The notes under the pieces are model-generated. The model made no database searches and had not been told where the DNA came from. It saw only the letters and a list, made by a program, of their open reading frames with translations. A stretch of DNA of 63,537 bases, the filler included, from Octopus bimaculoides (taxonomy: Eukaryota), in assembly GCF_001194135.2 (NCBI RefSeq). It is 7 parts of 6 records of this genome, joined end to end, with 100 filler letters (N's around TTAATTAATTAA, not from the genome) between each part and the next. Parts side by side here need not be neighbours in the genome. Positions count along the whole stretch, not along the records: positions 23,629 to 29,961 come from NC_068981.1; positions 30,062 to 41,897 come from NC_068988.1; 5 more parts are not named here. One strand, given 5' to 3'. Positions within the stretch are counted from its first letter, which is position 1. Each line of letters starts with the position of its first letter. Position numbers and translations under genes: made by a program. Below are positions 25,180 to 38,497 of this stretch, piece after piece.

Positions 25180-28124
25180 TATCTGTTTCAACACATGGTT
25201 TCACATCAGAAATTTTGCAACACAAATTCATAAACACACATACACACACATATTGGTTGACAGACTTGTCAGGGCATCAGGATAGAATACTTTGCCATAT
25301 TTGTTCCATCCCTTGTCACACAGCTCAAATCTTGCCAAGGTCAACTTTGCCTTTCATCCTTTTGGAATGGAGAAACAAAGTACCAATCCAGTACTGGTAT
25401 TGATTCTTCCTTTTCTTTCTATCATTCCCTTTTCCTTTCTCTTTCTCTCTCTCTCTAGAAGAAATCAACTATAATCACACAAGAGAAGAATGGAATCTGC
25501 CTATTTTAAACACCATTCCTAACCCTAACCCTTACAACTCTCTCACAATTCAAGAAGCCAAAGCAAACCAACACACAGACAAATATGTATATTAACATGC
25601 ATGTGAGCATGTGTGTGTGTATGCGTGTGAGGATTGATAGTCTGAGATCTCAAATACAACCACCACTCTCCGGCACAGACTACAGTTTTGCATCACAGCC
25701 ATATACTCTGACATGCTATTGCTGTCTTTTTGCCCACAAATCCATCTGCATTTTACCCAGCCTCTGACTATAAGGCCAAAGTATTAAAATTTTTGTCATC
25801 TGACCACCATCACGAGATTTTGGTAGACTCTTATATTTGAGTGACTGAACAATTCATTCTATGAGTCACCTTACTGATCCACAGCATTTAACGGATTGGT
25901 GTCAGCCACCCTTTGGGTCTGCATTTCACTGACATACAACACAAGTGGCCAAACCAGGGTCTTTAGAAGTTTCAGCTGATACTTTTCACTGAAGCTGCAG
26001 TCTTTCCATATCATTTTGAGTGACTTCAATGCTAATCTTCCTGCACAAAGACCACTATTTTGGTCAACAATGGAACACAGGTATGTTAAAAAGCCATTCT
26101 GGGGAACATGAGCCCTGGCATTGTATGCAAAGCTGCCTTAGTTCGCTGGTGGTTGTCATAATCTATCTATATATTCTGCATAATTCTCAATGGAATAATC
26201 AAAAAGGCCACTGTTCAATAAATGACTCAATACACAGCTAATGTAGAGTGTAAATTCTGTGATACGAAATATATGACTGTTTTGTATTCATAAACTGTTT
26301 CAGTGTTTTTAGCACAAACTCTCTGAAGTCAAATTTCTAACCTTAGATGAGATGCAAAAAGAACATTGAAAGCAGTATAGAGCTGAAAGAAAATACCTTG
26401 GGGAAGCATTCCGCATGATGTGTATGTAAATATAGATGGTAAATCTTACATATGTAATAAAGTAAGTCGAAAAGTATCATTGCAAGGAAAATATCAGTTC
26501 TTGCTGATATTTTCCTTGCAATGAGAAGACAAAAACTCCCTCAAGTATTTAACAGATCTTATAATAGCAAGCAACAGAGATAATTCAATTACTATCAGCC
26601 AACTCAGATTTTTGGAAAATTAATGACATTTCACTCAGGGGTGGATCTCGTCTTTAAAGCCAGTGTAAAAACAATGGCTATTTTTAAATCTTGCTAGATC
26701 TCATCAGTATTTATATATACGTATGAATGCATGCATCTATGTATTATGTATGTATGTATGAACATATGTATGAACATATGTATGTGTGTGTATATATATG
26801 TGTGTGTAGTGTGTGTGTGTGTGTGTGTGTGCACGCGTACGTGCCTCTGTGTGTGTGTGTTTTTATGAGAGAGGGGGAAAGAGAAAGAGATGAACATACA
26901 CAAAAATTTTCAACAGACTTAGAAGTGCTTAAATATATACCAACTGGAAAATATGAAAGGATATAAAATGTATAGAGTTAATGTCTTCTTTTTCCTTTGT
27001 TTCCCAATAATTTCCTCTAAATATTTCCAAAAGTTTACTCTCCCCACCCAATAAAAAGAAAAGATGACTCAAAGTTTTTACCAACACTGGAAATTTCCAC
27101 TTACAAAAAATACAATTTTATTTTGAAAAACATATTTTCTATTTTAAATTTATGTAGTTATAGTCATGGAGGGCCATATTTTTACTCTAAATATCACTGG
27201 TTTATTTTAAATCAAATTATTAACATTTGTGTGCACATGTATGACTGAATTCTTGTTTAGTTGTAATTGTGTTTGTTTTTCTGTACACAAATTTTTCTGT
27301 ACATACTTCAACACACACACACACACACACACACATTGGTATGTGTTTGCTTCATGTGTGCATTTCTTTTGTTATATGTGTGTATTTCTAGGATTGTGGT
27401 TCAGTGTGTGAATATATGTCTATAAGTCTGATGCATATGCACTTGTCTTTGTATGTATATTTCTATAGTTACGTGTGTATTGTGTGCATTTCTATATGTA
27501 TATGTCTAGGGTTTTTTTCATGTGTGAATATGTGATTGCATCATTCCAGGTGTTTATTTTTATGAGTCTATATGTACGTTACTGAGTGCATGCTTCTGTG
27601 TATATGTATGTATGTATGTATGTGTATATGTATGTTAAGTGCATGTTTCAGTTCATTGTGAGTGTACATTTTCATGTGTGAAACAATTTTCTTTAACTGT
27701 ATAAATAAAAAAAAGGAAGAAAACGAAAGTAGGATGAAGACTCTATTGAATAATCATATAGATTTGTAAGGTGTTAACTCAGTTACACAAATAACTACAT
27801 AATGTCTCTCTGCGGAAATATATTGATATGTAACTTCCAACATCTTGGAATTGTACCAAATCATATTGATGAAGTATTAAGCAATGCCATAAGAATAAAA
27901 GGAACAAGTTCGCCAATGTTTGACTTTGCAAACTTGATGAATACAATTGGATGAAGAACAACAAAAATAAAGATAGAGAACTGTCTTAAGCATTATGAAA
28001 TATTTAATTTCGTGCTTCAACATTCTAAGTTTGAAAACTGTCGGAGCTATTGTTTCTCATTTGAATAAAATACAGCAGGCCAATGGATGACAGAAATGAT
28101 GAAAAGTCAGATAAAAATAGTCAT

Positions 28125-28490
28125 GAGCATGGCTGTATCGTTAAGAAGCTTATTTTGTAACTAGATGATTTCAGGTTCAGTCCCACTGTGCAGCACCTTG
28201 GGCAAGAGCCTTCTACTACACCCTGAAGCTAACCAATGCTTTGTGAGTGAATTTAGGAGATGGAAACTGTGTAGAAGCCCATCATGTGTGTGTGTATTTT
28301 TGTTCTCCTCACCCCACTGCAGGACGACTGTCATTGGTTTGTTTGCATCTACTAAGCAGTTCAACAAAAACACCAACAGAATAAGTACCAAACTTAAAAT
28401 AATCACTGGGATTGATCTGTTCAACTAATACCCTTCAAGGCTGTAACCCCAGCATGGTCACAGTCCAATGACTGAAACAAGTGAAAAAAA
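28125..28490 (+). mobile_element. Diverged family B SINE
   Basis: ggttcagtcccactgtgcagcaccttgggcaag...cagtccaatgactgaaacaag. Confidence 0.75.
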
Positions 28491-28637
28491 AAAAAAAGAA
28501 TTTCTGGTGGTATAGAATTATATTTCTTTATATTCTAAGTTTTAATCTGGTCAGAGTATACTTAACCTTTTGTTTCTATGGTGTCTTTATTTTATACACT
28601 AATTTGTAAAAATTATAATTTTGAAATTTAGAGAATA

Positions 28638-28976
28638 CTAGCAGTATAACCCGACGTTGTCCGGGTGTGACTTATTACGCCATCTACGAAAAGTCTTGCT
28701 AGGTGAAAATCAACTAAAAAAAGAAAGCCTTACAATGAAAAAACCCTTATGATGTAAATATGTTCATAATTCAAAAGACGAAATTAATAGGGAAAGTCTG
28801 AAGGCTGTTTTGTGTAACATTATTAAGTGTACGTAAATTTCATCCGTCTAATTGGCTATACAAATGCTTGTGCAAAACAACTTTTTGCGCTGCCTTGATT
28901 ATACATAGCAGGGTAATTCCTTTTTGCAGGAGCTAGGACGGCAATTTGTGATGAAGCAATTGCTGGCGATCTGTGG
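28638..28976 (-). mobile_element. Probable Helitron 3' terminus
   Basis: Minus strand cccggacaacgtcggg hairpin, short spacer, CTAG then T; 5' end not identified (gap). Confidence 0.5.
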
Positions 28977-29961
28977 NNNNNNNNNNNNNNNNNNNNNNNN
29001 NNNNNNNNNNNNNNNNNNNNNNNNNNNNNNNNNNNNNNNNNNNNNNNNNNNNNNNNNNNNNNNNNNNNNNNNNNNNNNNNNNNNNNNNNNNNNNNNNNNN
29101 NNNNNNNNNNNNNNNNNNNNNNNNNNNNNNNNNNNNNNNNNNNNNNNNNNNNNNNNNNNNNNNNNNNNNNNNNNNNNNNNNNNNNNNNNNNNNNNNNNNN
29201 NNNNNNNNNNNNNNNNNNNNNNNNNNNNNNNNNNNNNNNNNNNNNNNNNNNNNNNNNNNNNNNNNNNNNNNNNNNNNNNNNNNNNNNNNNNNNNNNNNNN
29301 NNNNNNNNNNNNNNNNNNNNNNNNNNNNNNNNNNNNNNNNNNNNNNNNNNNNNNNNNNNNNNNNNNNNNNNNNNNNNNNNNNNNNNNNNNNNNNNNNNNN
29401 NNNNNNNNNNNNNNNNNNNNNNNNNNNNNNNNNNNNNNNNNNNNNNNNNNNNNNNNNNNNNNNNNNNNNNNNNNNNNNNNNNNNNNNNNNNNNNNNNNNN
29501 NNNNNNNNNNNNNNNNNNNNNNNNNNNNNNNNNNNNNNNNNNNNNNNNNNNNNNNNNNNNNNNNNNNNNNNNNNNNNNNNNNNNNNNNNNNNNNNNNNNN
29601 NNNNNNNNNNNNNNNNNNNNNNNNNNNNNNCACCTGCCTGAAGCCGCCGTTGTGGGAAAAATTTTAAATAATAATAATAATAAATAAATAATAATAATAA
29701 TGACCTCTGCTGATCAAACTCCCAAAGCACAACTAAGTCTTAAGTGTATATATATATATGGGCAACACACACAGTAAATAAAAAAGATGTTAGTAAGTAA
29801 AATTGTTTTAAAAAAGATTGTTAAATTTTCAGATTAACACCCATACGATTTTCACTACAGTGTTAGGGTTAGGGTTTGTTAGGGTTAGGTAGGTAATGAT
29901 GTGGGTGGTAATGTCAAGATTTACGAAAAGATTTTCAAAAAAAACTCAGTTTGTAGGGAAT

Positions 29962-30061
29962 NNNNNNNNNNNNNNNNNNNNNNNNNNNNNNNNNNNNNNN
30001 NNNNNTTAATTAATTAANNNNNNNNNNNNNNNNNNNNNNNNNNNNNNNNNNNNNNNNNNNN
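29962..30061. other. Artificial scaffold spacer
   Basis: 44N-TTAATTAATTAA-44N. Confidence 0.95.
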
Positions 30062-30381
30062 CAGCTTCGATCCCTTCGTTCCTTAAGGCACGCATTTTAG
30101 CTCTGACGTCGCAACCTTCGTGTTTGGCGTTGAGGTGTTGGTCGAGGGCCATCCTCGCAGCCAAAACGTTGGTTGCGCTGCCAGTTGTAAGTGCCTCTTC
30201 TAGTTTCTTAACTAAGTCTCCCTCTACTCTATTTCGATCTATCGCTAGTTCTTTACTAAACCTAATAGATTCCGATTTGATTGCCATTTTCAGGGCAAAC
30301 CACCAGCGGTTGTTAACGATGGCTCCTGTTAACGCCCTCTTAATTAATTCGCTAATCCGGTTCCTGTAAACCTGCCGCGCT
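30062..30381 (-). pseudogene. L1/Tx1-clade ORF2 fragment (linker after APE endonuclease)
   Basis: NRWWFALKMAIKSESIRFSKELA...KHEGCDVRAKMRALRNEG resembles WWxxxKxxIKxxxIxFS...GxxxRS. Confidence 0.55.
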
Positions 30382-31034
30382 AAAGATAGATAGATAGATG
30401 TACATGACTCTTACAAAACTAATTTTGTTTCCTGATCAAAACAAATCCCCCTGGAAAGCTAAATCTTTTATCAAAGAAACAGAATTATCCCTATAAGAGT
30501 CATTTCTTTGATAAATTACTATTTATTCACTCCCCAAAGTATTGAATACTTTATTTGATGTTTTCTCCGTTTTAACAAAAATTATTGGCAAGTTCCTCTG
30601 AAGAGTTTACGACATGCTTGACATTACAGGGGTCATTTTGCAGAAGGTCATCATGTATGCTGTGAAAGCAGCAGTTGTTGTCTCGAGGTGGCTGTGGAGC
30701 TGGAGATGCGAATCCAGGAAGGGTTTAAATAAATCATTGTGGATAGTGGGGGAGCCTAAGGCCGTCAACGATTTTAAGGTTGGAAGCGTACCACAAATCA
30801 TAAAATCTTCAGCTTTTGTACAGCAGAGGGCCCCATTAACAATTCCTAGCTCAGTTTTTGACCAGGGCTAGTGCTAACTGGACACAATCTGTGGCGTGAT
30901 CAACACCAGCTGGGTCAGCTGGGTGAGAGTGTCTAATGTTGAAAGACATGAAACGCCTAATGCTCCCAGGGCGGTTCATTGATGATGTCGGAGTGTGTTT
31001 GGAATACACACACACACACACACATACACATATA

Positions 31035-31440
31035 GGCGCAGGAGTGACTCTGTGGTAAGTATAAGCGCAGGAGTGGCTGTATGGTAAGTAGCTTGCTTAC
31101 CAACCACATGGTTCCGAGTTCAGTCTCACTGCGTGACACCTTTGGCAAGTGTCTTCTGCTATAGCCTCGAGCCGACTAAAGCCTTGTGAGTGGATTTGGC
31201 AGACGGAAACTGAAAGAAGCTCGTCGTGTATATATATGTGTGTATATGTTTGTGTGTCTGTGTTTGTCCCCCCACCTTCGCTTGACAACCGATGTTGGTG
31301 TGTTTACGTCCCCGTACCTTAGAAGTTCGGCAAAAGAAACCAATAGAGAATGTACTAGGCTTACAAAGAATGTCTTGGGTCGATCAGTTCGACTAAAGGC
31401 GGTGCTCCAGCATGGCCGCAGTCAGATGACTGAAACATAT
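31035..31440 (+). mobile_element. Full-length family B SINE with duplicated 5' head
   Basis: ggcgcaggagtgactctgtggtaagta followed by gcgcaggagtggctgtatggtaagta, then complete body. Confidence 0.9.
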
Positions 31441-32693
31441 NNNNNNNNNNNNNNNNNNNNNNNNNNNNNNNNNNNNNNNNNNNNNNNNNNNNNNNNNNNN
31501 NNNNNNNNNNNNNNNNNNNNNNNNNNNNNNNNNNNNNNNNNNNNNNNNNNNNNNNNNNNNNNNNNNNNNNNNNNNNNNNNNNNNNNNNNNNNNNNNNNNN
31601 NNNNNNNNNNNNNNNNNNNNNNNNNNNNNNNNNNNNNNNNNNNNNNNNNNNNNNNNNNNNNNNNNNNNNNNNNNNNNNNNNNNNNNNNNNNNNNNNNNNN
31701 NNNNNNNNNNNNNNNNNNNNNNNNNNNNNNNNNNNNNNNNNNNNNNNNNNNNNNNNNNNNNNNNNNNNNNNNNNNNNNNNNNNNNNNNNNNNNNNNNNNN
31801 NNNNNNNNNNNNNNNNNNNNNNNNNNNNNNNNNNNNNNNNNNNNNNNNNNNNNNNNNNNNNNNNNNNNNNNNNNNNNNNNNNNNNNNNNNNNNNNNNNNN
31901 NNNNNNNNNNNNNNNNNNNNNNNNNNNNNNNNNNNNNNNNNNNNNNNNNNNNNNNNNNNNNNNNNNNNNNNNNNNNNNNNNNNNNNNNNNNNNNNNNNNN
32001 NNNNNNNNNNNNNNNNNNNNNNNNNNNNNNNNNNNNNNNNNNNNNNNNNNNNNNNNNNNNNNNNNNNNNNNNNNNNNNNNNNNNNNNNNNNNNNNNNNNN
32101 NNNNNNNNNNNNNNNNNNNNNNNNNNNNNNNNNNNNNNNTGTATGTATGTATGTATGTATGTATGTATGTATGGTAAATGAATGACGAAAGATGGAAGAT
32201 ACGAGAACTCTTATTAACCACCACAATACTACAATTGTTTCAACACATCTAGCATCCATCCCTCACGGATGGAATACCTAACAACTGGTTCAGTAACACT
32301 CGACGGTGCAGTTGTGTCTCTTCAGGTGATAAATAGATATAACTCATTAAAGTAACAGTTCCGCAATGTATCTTCTCATTTCGAGTAAAGAAAAGCGGCA
32401 AATTAAAGGATATATTTTCATTTATATAGAAGATCAATAATAAAATAACAGATGCAAAAAAGAAATGATCAGGCAATACAGCGAAAAAAGTATTAAAAAG
32501 TATTTTATATATGCATACGTAGACGCACACATACATACACATATATATACTCACATGCACATATATATACATGTATATATGCATATGTATGTGTGTATAG
32601 ATACATACATACATACATACATATCCGTTTTAAATTAAACGGCAGAAAAAATAAAAGTATATATCTATACTGTGTTAGAGCGTGCAAAAACAC

Positions 32694-32725
<32 letters not shown>

Positions 32726-32913
32726 GCGTGCGTGTGTGCGTGCGTGTGTGCACGCGCGCACAAACATGTTAACAGACACATTCTATTATCATGGACGCGT
32801 ACACTCACACACACATGTTCATTGTATGTATACATCTGTGTGTGCGCGCGTGTGATCGTGCATATACATATATGTGTATATACATACATACATACATACA
32901 TATATATATATAT

Positions 32914-33004
<91 letters not shown>

Positions 33005-33599
33005 TACCATACATTGTAACGATATTAATCAGCGATTAATTAAAAGAAACGAAACTAAACTCTGTAGTGATGGGAAGGACTGGATTAAGAACGTTTGATT
33101 CTTAATGAAAGCCATGAGTCAGAGCAGCTGATTGTCCTCTTTGCGACCTACTGTGATTGCAGTTTCAACACCAGCTGATGGCTTCATCTCACTTCAATAT
33201 ATATACGTATCCCACTGAGTGGAAGCAGATTTTGTGCTGCTTTTCGACCTATCAGGTATAGCTGTCAAAATTTGCTTCCAGTCATATCCTACAGTCTAGA
33301 ATAAAGAAGTCACTCATTAAACTCTATGTAATCCTTCGCGCACAAAAATACAGATTGGTCACGGCTGGAATGCACTTTTGGTTTTTGCTTACTTGTTTAG
33401 TAAGAGAAGGAAAGACGGTGGCGGCGGTGAAGAGCCTTTTAAGGATCTCTGGTACTAATGGAAGGAAATGGGAAAGTTATCTTCAGAGACTTAAGAAGTA
33501 TGTTTACAACAGAGTGGACCCCGCTAAAGATACCAAAAGCCCAAGGTGTGTTAAACCAGGTGGGAGTTTTAATCTACTACACAATAACGGGAAACAGTC

Positions 33600-33750
33600 C
33601 ATCAGATAGGCTTTCACACAGTTTCCTTAAACCAAATTTCACTTACAAGATTTTAGTCGATACGATCCTGTGACAGATAATACTTGCTTAAGGTGCTACG
33701 CAGTGAGATCGAACCCGAGAACGTTGAGAAACTAACTTCGTAATCGCGCA
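33600..33750 (-). mobile_element. Diverged SINE B/C 5' half
   Basis: Reverse complement of gggttcgatc.cactgcg..gcaccttaagcaagt...gtgaaatttgg. Confidence 0.6.
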
Positions 33751-34529
33751 GCTATACTCTACCCATAGATTTGATGATAAGTTTACTCAGAGTTGATTTG
33801 GACGAGCAACGACTACAGCAACAACCAAAGTTTAATATGTAATTGTGGCTTGATATATTTTAATTATTGGTTTATTGGGTGTGTTTAATTTTTATTAGCG
33901 GAAATTTGAATTAGTTTATTTTTATGGTGTGACAGAATGGAGAGCAGAATTAATTGACAATTGATAATTCCTAATTAAGAGATGTTATCTCTGATACTTT
34001 GCCTTCGTTCATTTCAATAAATTATGGTACATGACAGTCATTTAAAACGAGCTAATTTCTTCCATTTGAACAGCCATTCAGGTTACAGAGTAAGAAAAAT
34101 GAGATTGTATGATGTTCATGCTGTTTAACCAGAGAAAGATTAGTGACGAAAGGAATTTGAAGCAGCTATACTCAGGAATGAAAACTGGTAAACTAATTGA
34201 GACCATCAGGAAATTGTTAAAGTGGGACTTGACATTTTCTCTGTAGTTTGTGTTAGGTTCAGAAAAGCAGGATGAGAGGGGGGGGAGAAAGAGAGAGAGA
34301 GTAAGGGAGAGAACGGTATGGCGGCGGCACGCCGATGATAAATGACACTGTTGGTTCCATTGCAGCAGTTATTTCGAAGTGCAACCATATTCGGAATCGA
34401 AAAATTGCACCACTAATCTAGCTCGAGGCACAAACTTCATGACTAAATTCTCCCCCAGAAGGTTTTAACTCTGAAGCCAATTCCGGTTGAAGCCATTCTA
34501 CCATTCCAACTCAAATTACAACATTGGAC

Positions 34530-35230
34530 GGATCTAGTTCAAAACGGGGGCACCAGTTTTCATTTATGTTTTATGTAGTGTTTTTGGTACCGAAAGACTT
34601 TCAAACTTTGTATACTTATCTATTTTGTGTTATAGAACAGAAAAAAATGTTTGTATTCGGAGTTATTTCATGTAAAAAATTGTCTTATTTCGATAATTTC
34701 AACTAATCACTGACAAGTATTCACCTGTTTATACTTACTCCTTTGGCAGTTTAAGCGGTGTAAAGCGTATTTAATCTCCATTTATAATTTCGTTAACATC
34801 TGCCTGAACTGTATGTGTACAACATTTGTTTTTTTCATTTTCTTTCACGCGTGTTTATTTCGTTAACATCTGCCTGAACTGTATGAAAGGTTTATTAGCT
34901 ACTGCCTAACCCTAACCCTAACCCTAAACTTACTGTCAATATGCTTCAGTCATTTTTTGACAAGGAAATAATAATTTTATCACCGCCAGAATCGTTTGAG
35001 AATCGTTTGTTTACGTAGTCAGCACTTACTGTATTCGACTGAATTGACGTCAATCATTGGTTGAAATTACAGAAATACGACAACTTTAACATGAAATAAC
35101 TTGTGATGTACGTTTTTTTCTTAAGAAGACTAAGAGAAAAAGATGTTTTATATGACACATTCTACCAGTGTCCCAAGTTTCAAAGTGTTTCGTTAAGAAA
35201 ATACTGGTGCCCCCGTTTTGAACTAGATCC
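34530..35230. mobile_element. MITE with 28-bp perfect TIRs, long imperfect subterminal IRs and internal (CCCTAA)n; possibly Merlin-type
   Basis: GGATCTAGTTCAAAACGGGGGCACCAGT and exact reverse complement; perfect 8-bp TSD CATTGGAC (34522-34529, 35231-35238). Confidence 0.9.
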
Positions 35231-35559
35231 CATTGGACTTCTATTTGGGACAACAACCACAACTACAAGTGACTTATAGTTTCCTGGTATCCAGTGCTAA
35301 TATTAAATGTTCTTGCACGAGAATGAAAGATTATTGTAGAAACATGAGACATTGTCATGTGATCTCGTGATTTTTTAAAATTTCCCCTATCAGCTAGTTT
35401 CTGATACTACATACCTGGATGCGTTGACATTTATTAAACCTTATAACCCCTCACATATCTTCCCGTGGTACACCCTGTCATTGTCTGGTTAAAGTCGTGG
35501 TTAGAGCGGTAACTGTGATGACATTTTTCTATTGTTATATTTCGTAATGGTCTTTTTAC

Positions 35560-35800
35560 TTTTTTTTTTTTGCCAAATAACTATTCGCACTACATACTCG
35601 TACTTCACTTCAGCTTTATTATTATTCTTATTTTAGTATCATTTGCCTGGAAATTTTATGTCAAACGTTCTGTGGCCTCTTCAGCGACTCTCCATCCCAT
35701 GCGTCTCCTCTTGTCCTGTTAAGTCCATTCTCTCAATACACAATTTCACGTCAGGAATCTTGCAAAACAAATACATAAACGTAGTGTGATGGTATTTATT
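35560..35800. repeat. Diverged single-arm relative of the 24.6-25.2 kb repeat
   Basis: tttgccaaataa...ctggaaatttt...ttaagtccattctc...tttcacgtcaggaatcttgcaaaacaaat. Confidence 0.55.
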
Positions 35801-36100
35801 TTGTTTAAATACACGGTACTATTCATAAATTAGGGGACAATAAGAGATCCGAAAGAACTGTTTTTGAACTTATCAAAGTGTCCTATTTGTAAATCGAACC
35901 AACGAGGGAGTCTCTATGTGATTGCATGACTTGCTGGAAATAACAGCCAATTATTTCTATCCTTTAAAGAAAAAAGAATATCACGTTGCGTTAATGTACT
36001 CTTAGTTACGATGGTTGGTCATGGCTATAATGCCTTTAACCATAGAGTTGTCCGGCCAGGTTCGACCATGAGGCCAAACAACAACAACTATATAAATGTG

Positions 36101-36152
<52 letters not shown>

Positions 36153-36568
36153 NNNNNNNNNNNNNNCTCTTGCTTTGCAAGAATTTTCATCTGAAAACGT
36201 ATTTCGAAAAGTTCATAACTAAAAGCCTATAAACACCAACCGGTGGTTATTCAACAACATGTTTTTTTCTTTTTCCAAACTGGTTGATATTCAACAAATA
36301 TTTTCCCCCAAAAATATTCCCCACCTTACAAAACTTGCACTCCTCTCAATGATTATAATATATTTTCAAATACTTTAGATCAGCGGGTCACAATGAAGTG
36401 TTTGAAAACATATATCCATTGACAAGGCCACAGGTTCAGTGTATTGAAAAATATTTCTGGGAAATAATGGCCGAAAAACTGTTTTTAGAAAAAGGAAAAC
36501 ACTAACCAACAACAACTGCTTTGGGGAAAGAAAGAAATACAGATGAACCCCAAGTGGTGTGATTTTAG

Positions 36569-36692
36569 GTTTATTAGATGTAACTCTTCTGAAATATAAC
36601 GATATTTACTGTTATGGAGATAAAGGAATCGCCAGCCTTTCAATTTTAAATTTCTCATCAAATTTGAAGCAAGTACGAATACCATATTTGAA
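36569..36692 (+). CDS. Candidate internal exon of an unidentified gene
   Basis: ttttag|...|gtaagt with open frame GLLDVTLLKYNDIYCYGDKGIASLSILNFSSNLKQVRIPYL; no homology recognised. Confidence 0.25.
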
Positions 36693-38064
36693 GTAAGTAA
36701 GAATAATATTAATTGCTAGTAGTAAACATTAATTATTATTATTTAATCATTTGTTATTAATTGTCATAATTTGTCGGTCATTGATGATTGATCCTAATTT
36801 AGAACACATTTCACCAGCTGGTACCAGTTCCCATCGTCAGCTGCTGACCCTCAGTAAATACTATTTCACTAACTAAAGTAAACAGCTGGTACTTTAATCT
36901 TGCCAATCATTTTATTCAAATCTATCAAAAGCCAAAACATGATAGTTGCTACAAATGAAGCCTTTAAATATCATTATTATATCTTATTCCTTAAATATTT
37001 TTAACTTTATATAATTTATTAGTCGGGATTGTGAAGTCAACCCGTTTATTTAAAGTAGTAACGTATTTTCACGTGAATAACCAATGACAGCAAGTAATTC
37101 TTCATACTGAACCTACTGAATTTGGTCCAAATCTGGGCAAGACAGATGTCTCAGGTTAGATATATCTCGACAGATGTTTGTGGTTGGATAACAACTAATA
37201 TCTTGACAATAAGAATATTTTTAGTATTGAGACACCGGAAGTTACTATCAAGATAAACTTTTAAAAGAAAATCCTCAATTATGAAAAGGCATGAAAATAG
37301 AACATTTGATATTTAAATATAATAGGAACGTAGATACTACGATATCATTTCTTTGTAATTTATGTAGTCTGTGATATAAGAGTGTCTGGTCCAATGGAGT
37401 ATATGTTTATTCTTTCGATCTCGATATGATGATTGTATAAACAGTAGTGGCGGGTGTGGCGGCGCATGTTGTACACCTCAGGAAATCAAAAATGAGATAT
37501 GATTTTGATTTCCAATTGTAGCCATTGTACGCCACTGACCCAACTAATGCCTTCAAAATTTCTTCTTTGTTCCCTAAATTGTAATGCTTCGAGAAGAAAA
37601 AAAACTCCTAATTAAATGACAAACTTAACTGTGATAGTTCTGTAAAGTTTTGCTACGTATACACAAATGAAGCAGTAGGTTCCATGAAAAGTTCACAAAA
37701 TGGTATAAATTGTATTTGCTGCAAGGAAGAAAAGTAACCTTTCGAGCGGATCCGTTCGTTTGAGTGACGTGAGAATGTCAATTTATTTATGGCATCACAT
37801 AAACTAGTTGGAACGATAGATAAGTTATTATAAGTTTTCGTGATTGTATGTAACTAAGAAATACATTACGATTCTGACAAACTCTTGAGATTTGAACAAC
37901 TGGACGGTTTAACGACCTTGAAAGATTATTAAAACAGGTTTAATTTCTCCCTTCGACCATTAATACTGATGGATATTATGGAGAATATTGAACTGGAAAC
38001 AAAATTAGGGGGCCATATGTGTGGCAAAGAATACAACCAAGAAAAATAAACGTTTGCTTTACGT

Positions 38065-38250
38065 GCATCCATACAGACAGGGACTACAAACATTCATACA
38101 GATAGGGACTACATACACTTATGCAGATAGGGGCTACATACATTTAGAAACGGACTACATATATTCATATAAACAGGGATTACATACATTCATACACAAG
38201 TAGATTATGTATATTCATATAGACAAGGCCTATATACATTCGTAGACGAG
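38065..38250. repeat. Degenerate ~25-bp minisatellite
   Basis: catacattcatacagacagggacta-like unit, about 7-8 copies. Confidence 0.7.
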
Positions 38251-38465
38251 GAGTCCGTGAGAAATTTTATGGGTAAAGCAAAACTGCTTTTATTCTACCT
38301 CCCCTGCAAAGAGGGTTTTTGGTTTTTGTTGCTTTTTTAATATTTTGAACATGGTACCTGTCAGATACTCACGATCCTCTCTGGCTGCCAGAGTTTCGAT
38401 CTCATGTACCGGCTGGGCCTCCAACCATATTTATACAAGTATTTAATTACTAAAATGTTATATAT

Positions 38466-38497
<32 letters not shown>

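Noticed and set aside
26347-26461. AG/GTAAGT-bounded candidate exon
   Set aside because: Stops in all three frames
30607-30871. Overlapping 64-85 aa ORFs in unique sequence
   Set aside because: No recognisable motif or splice support
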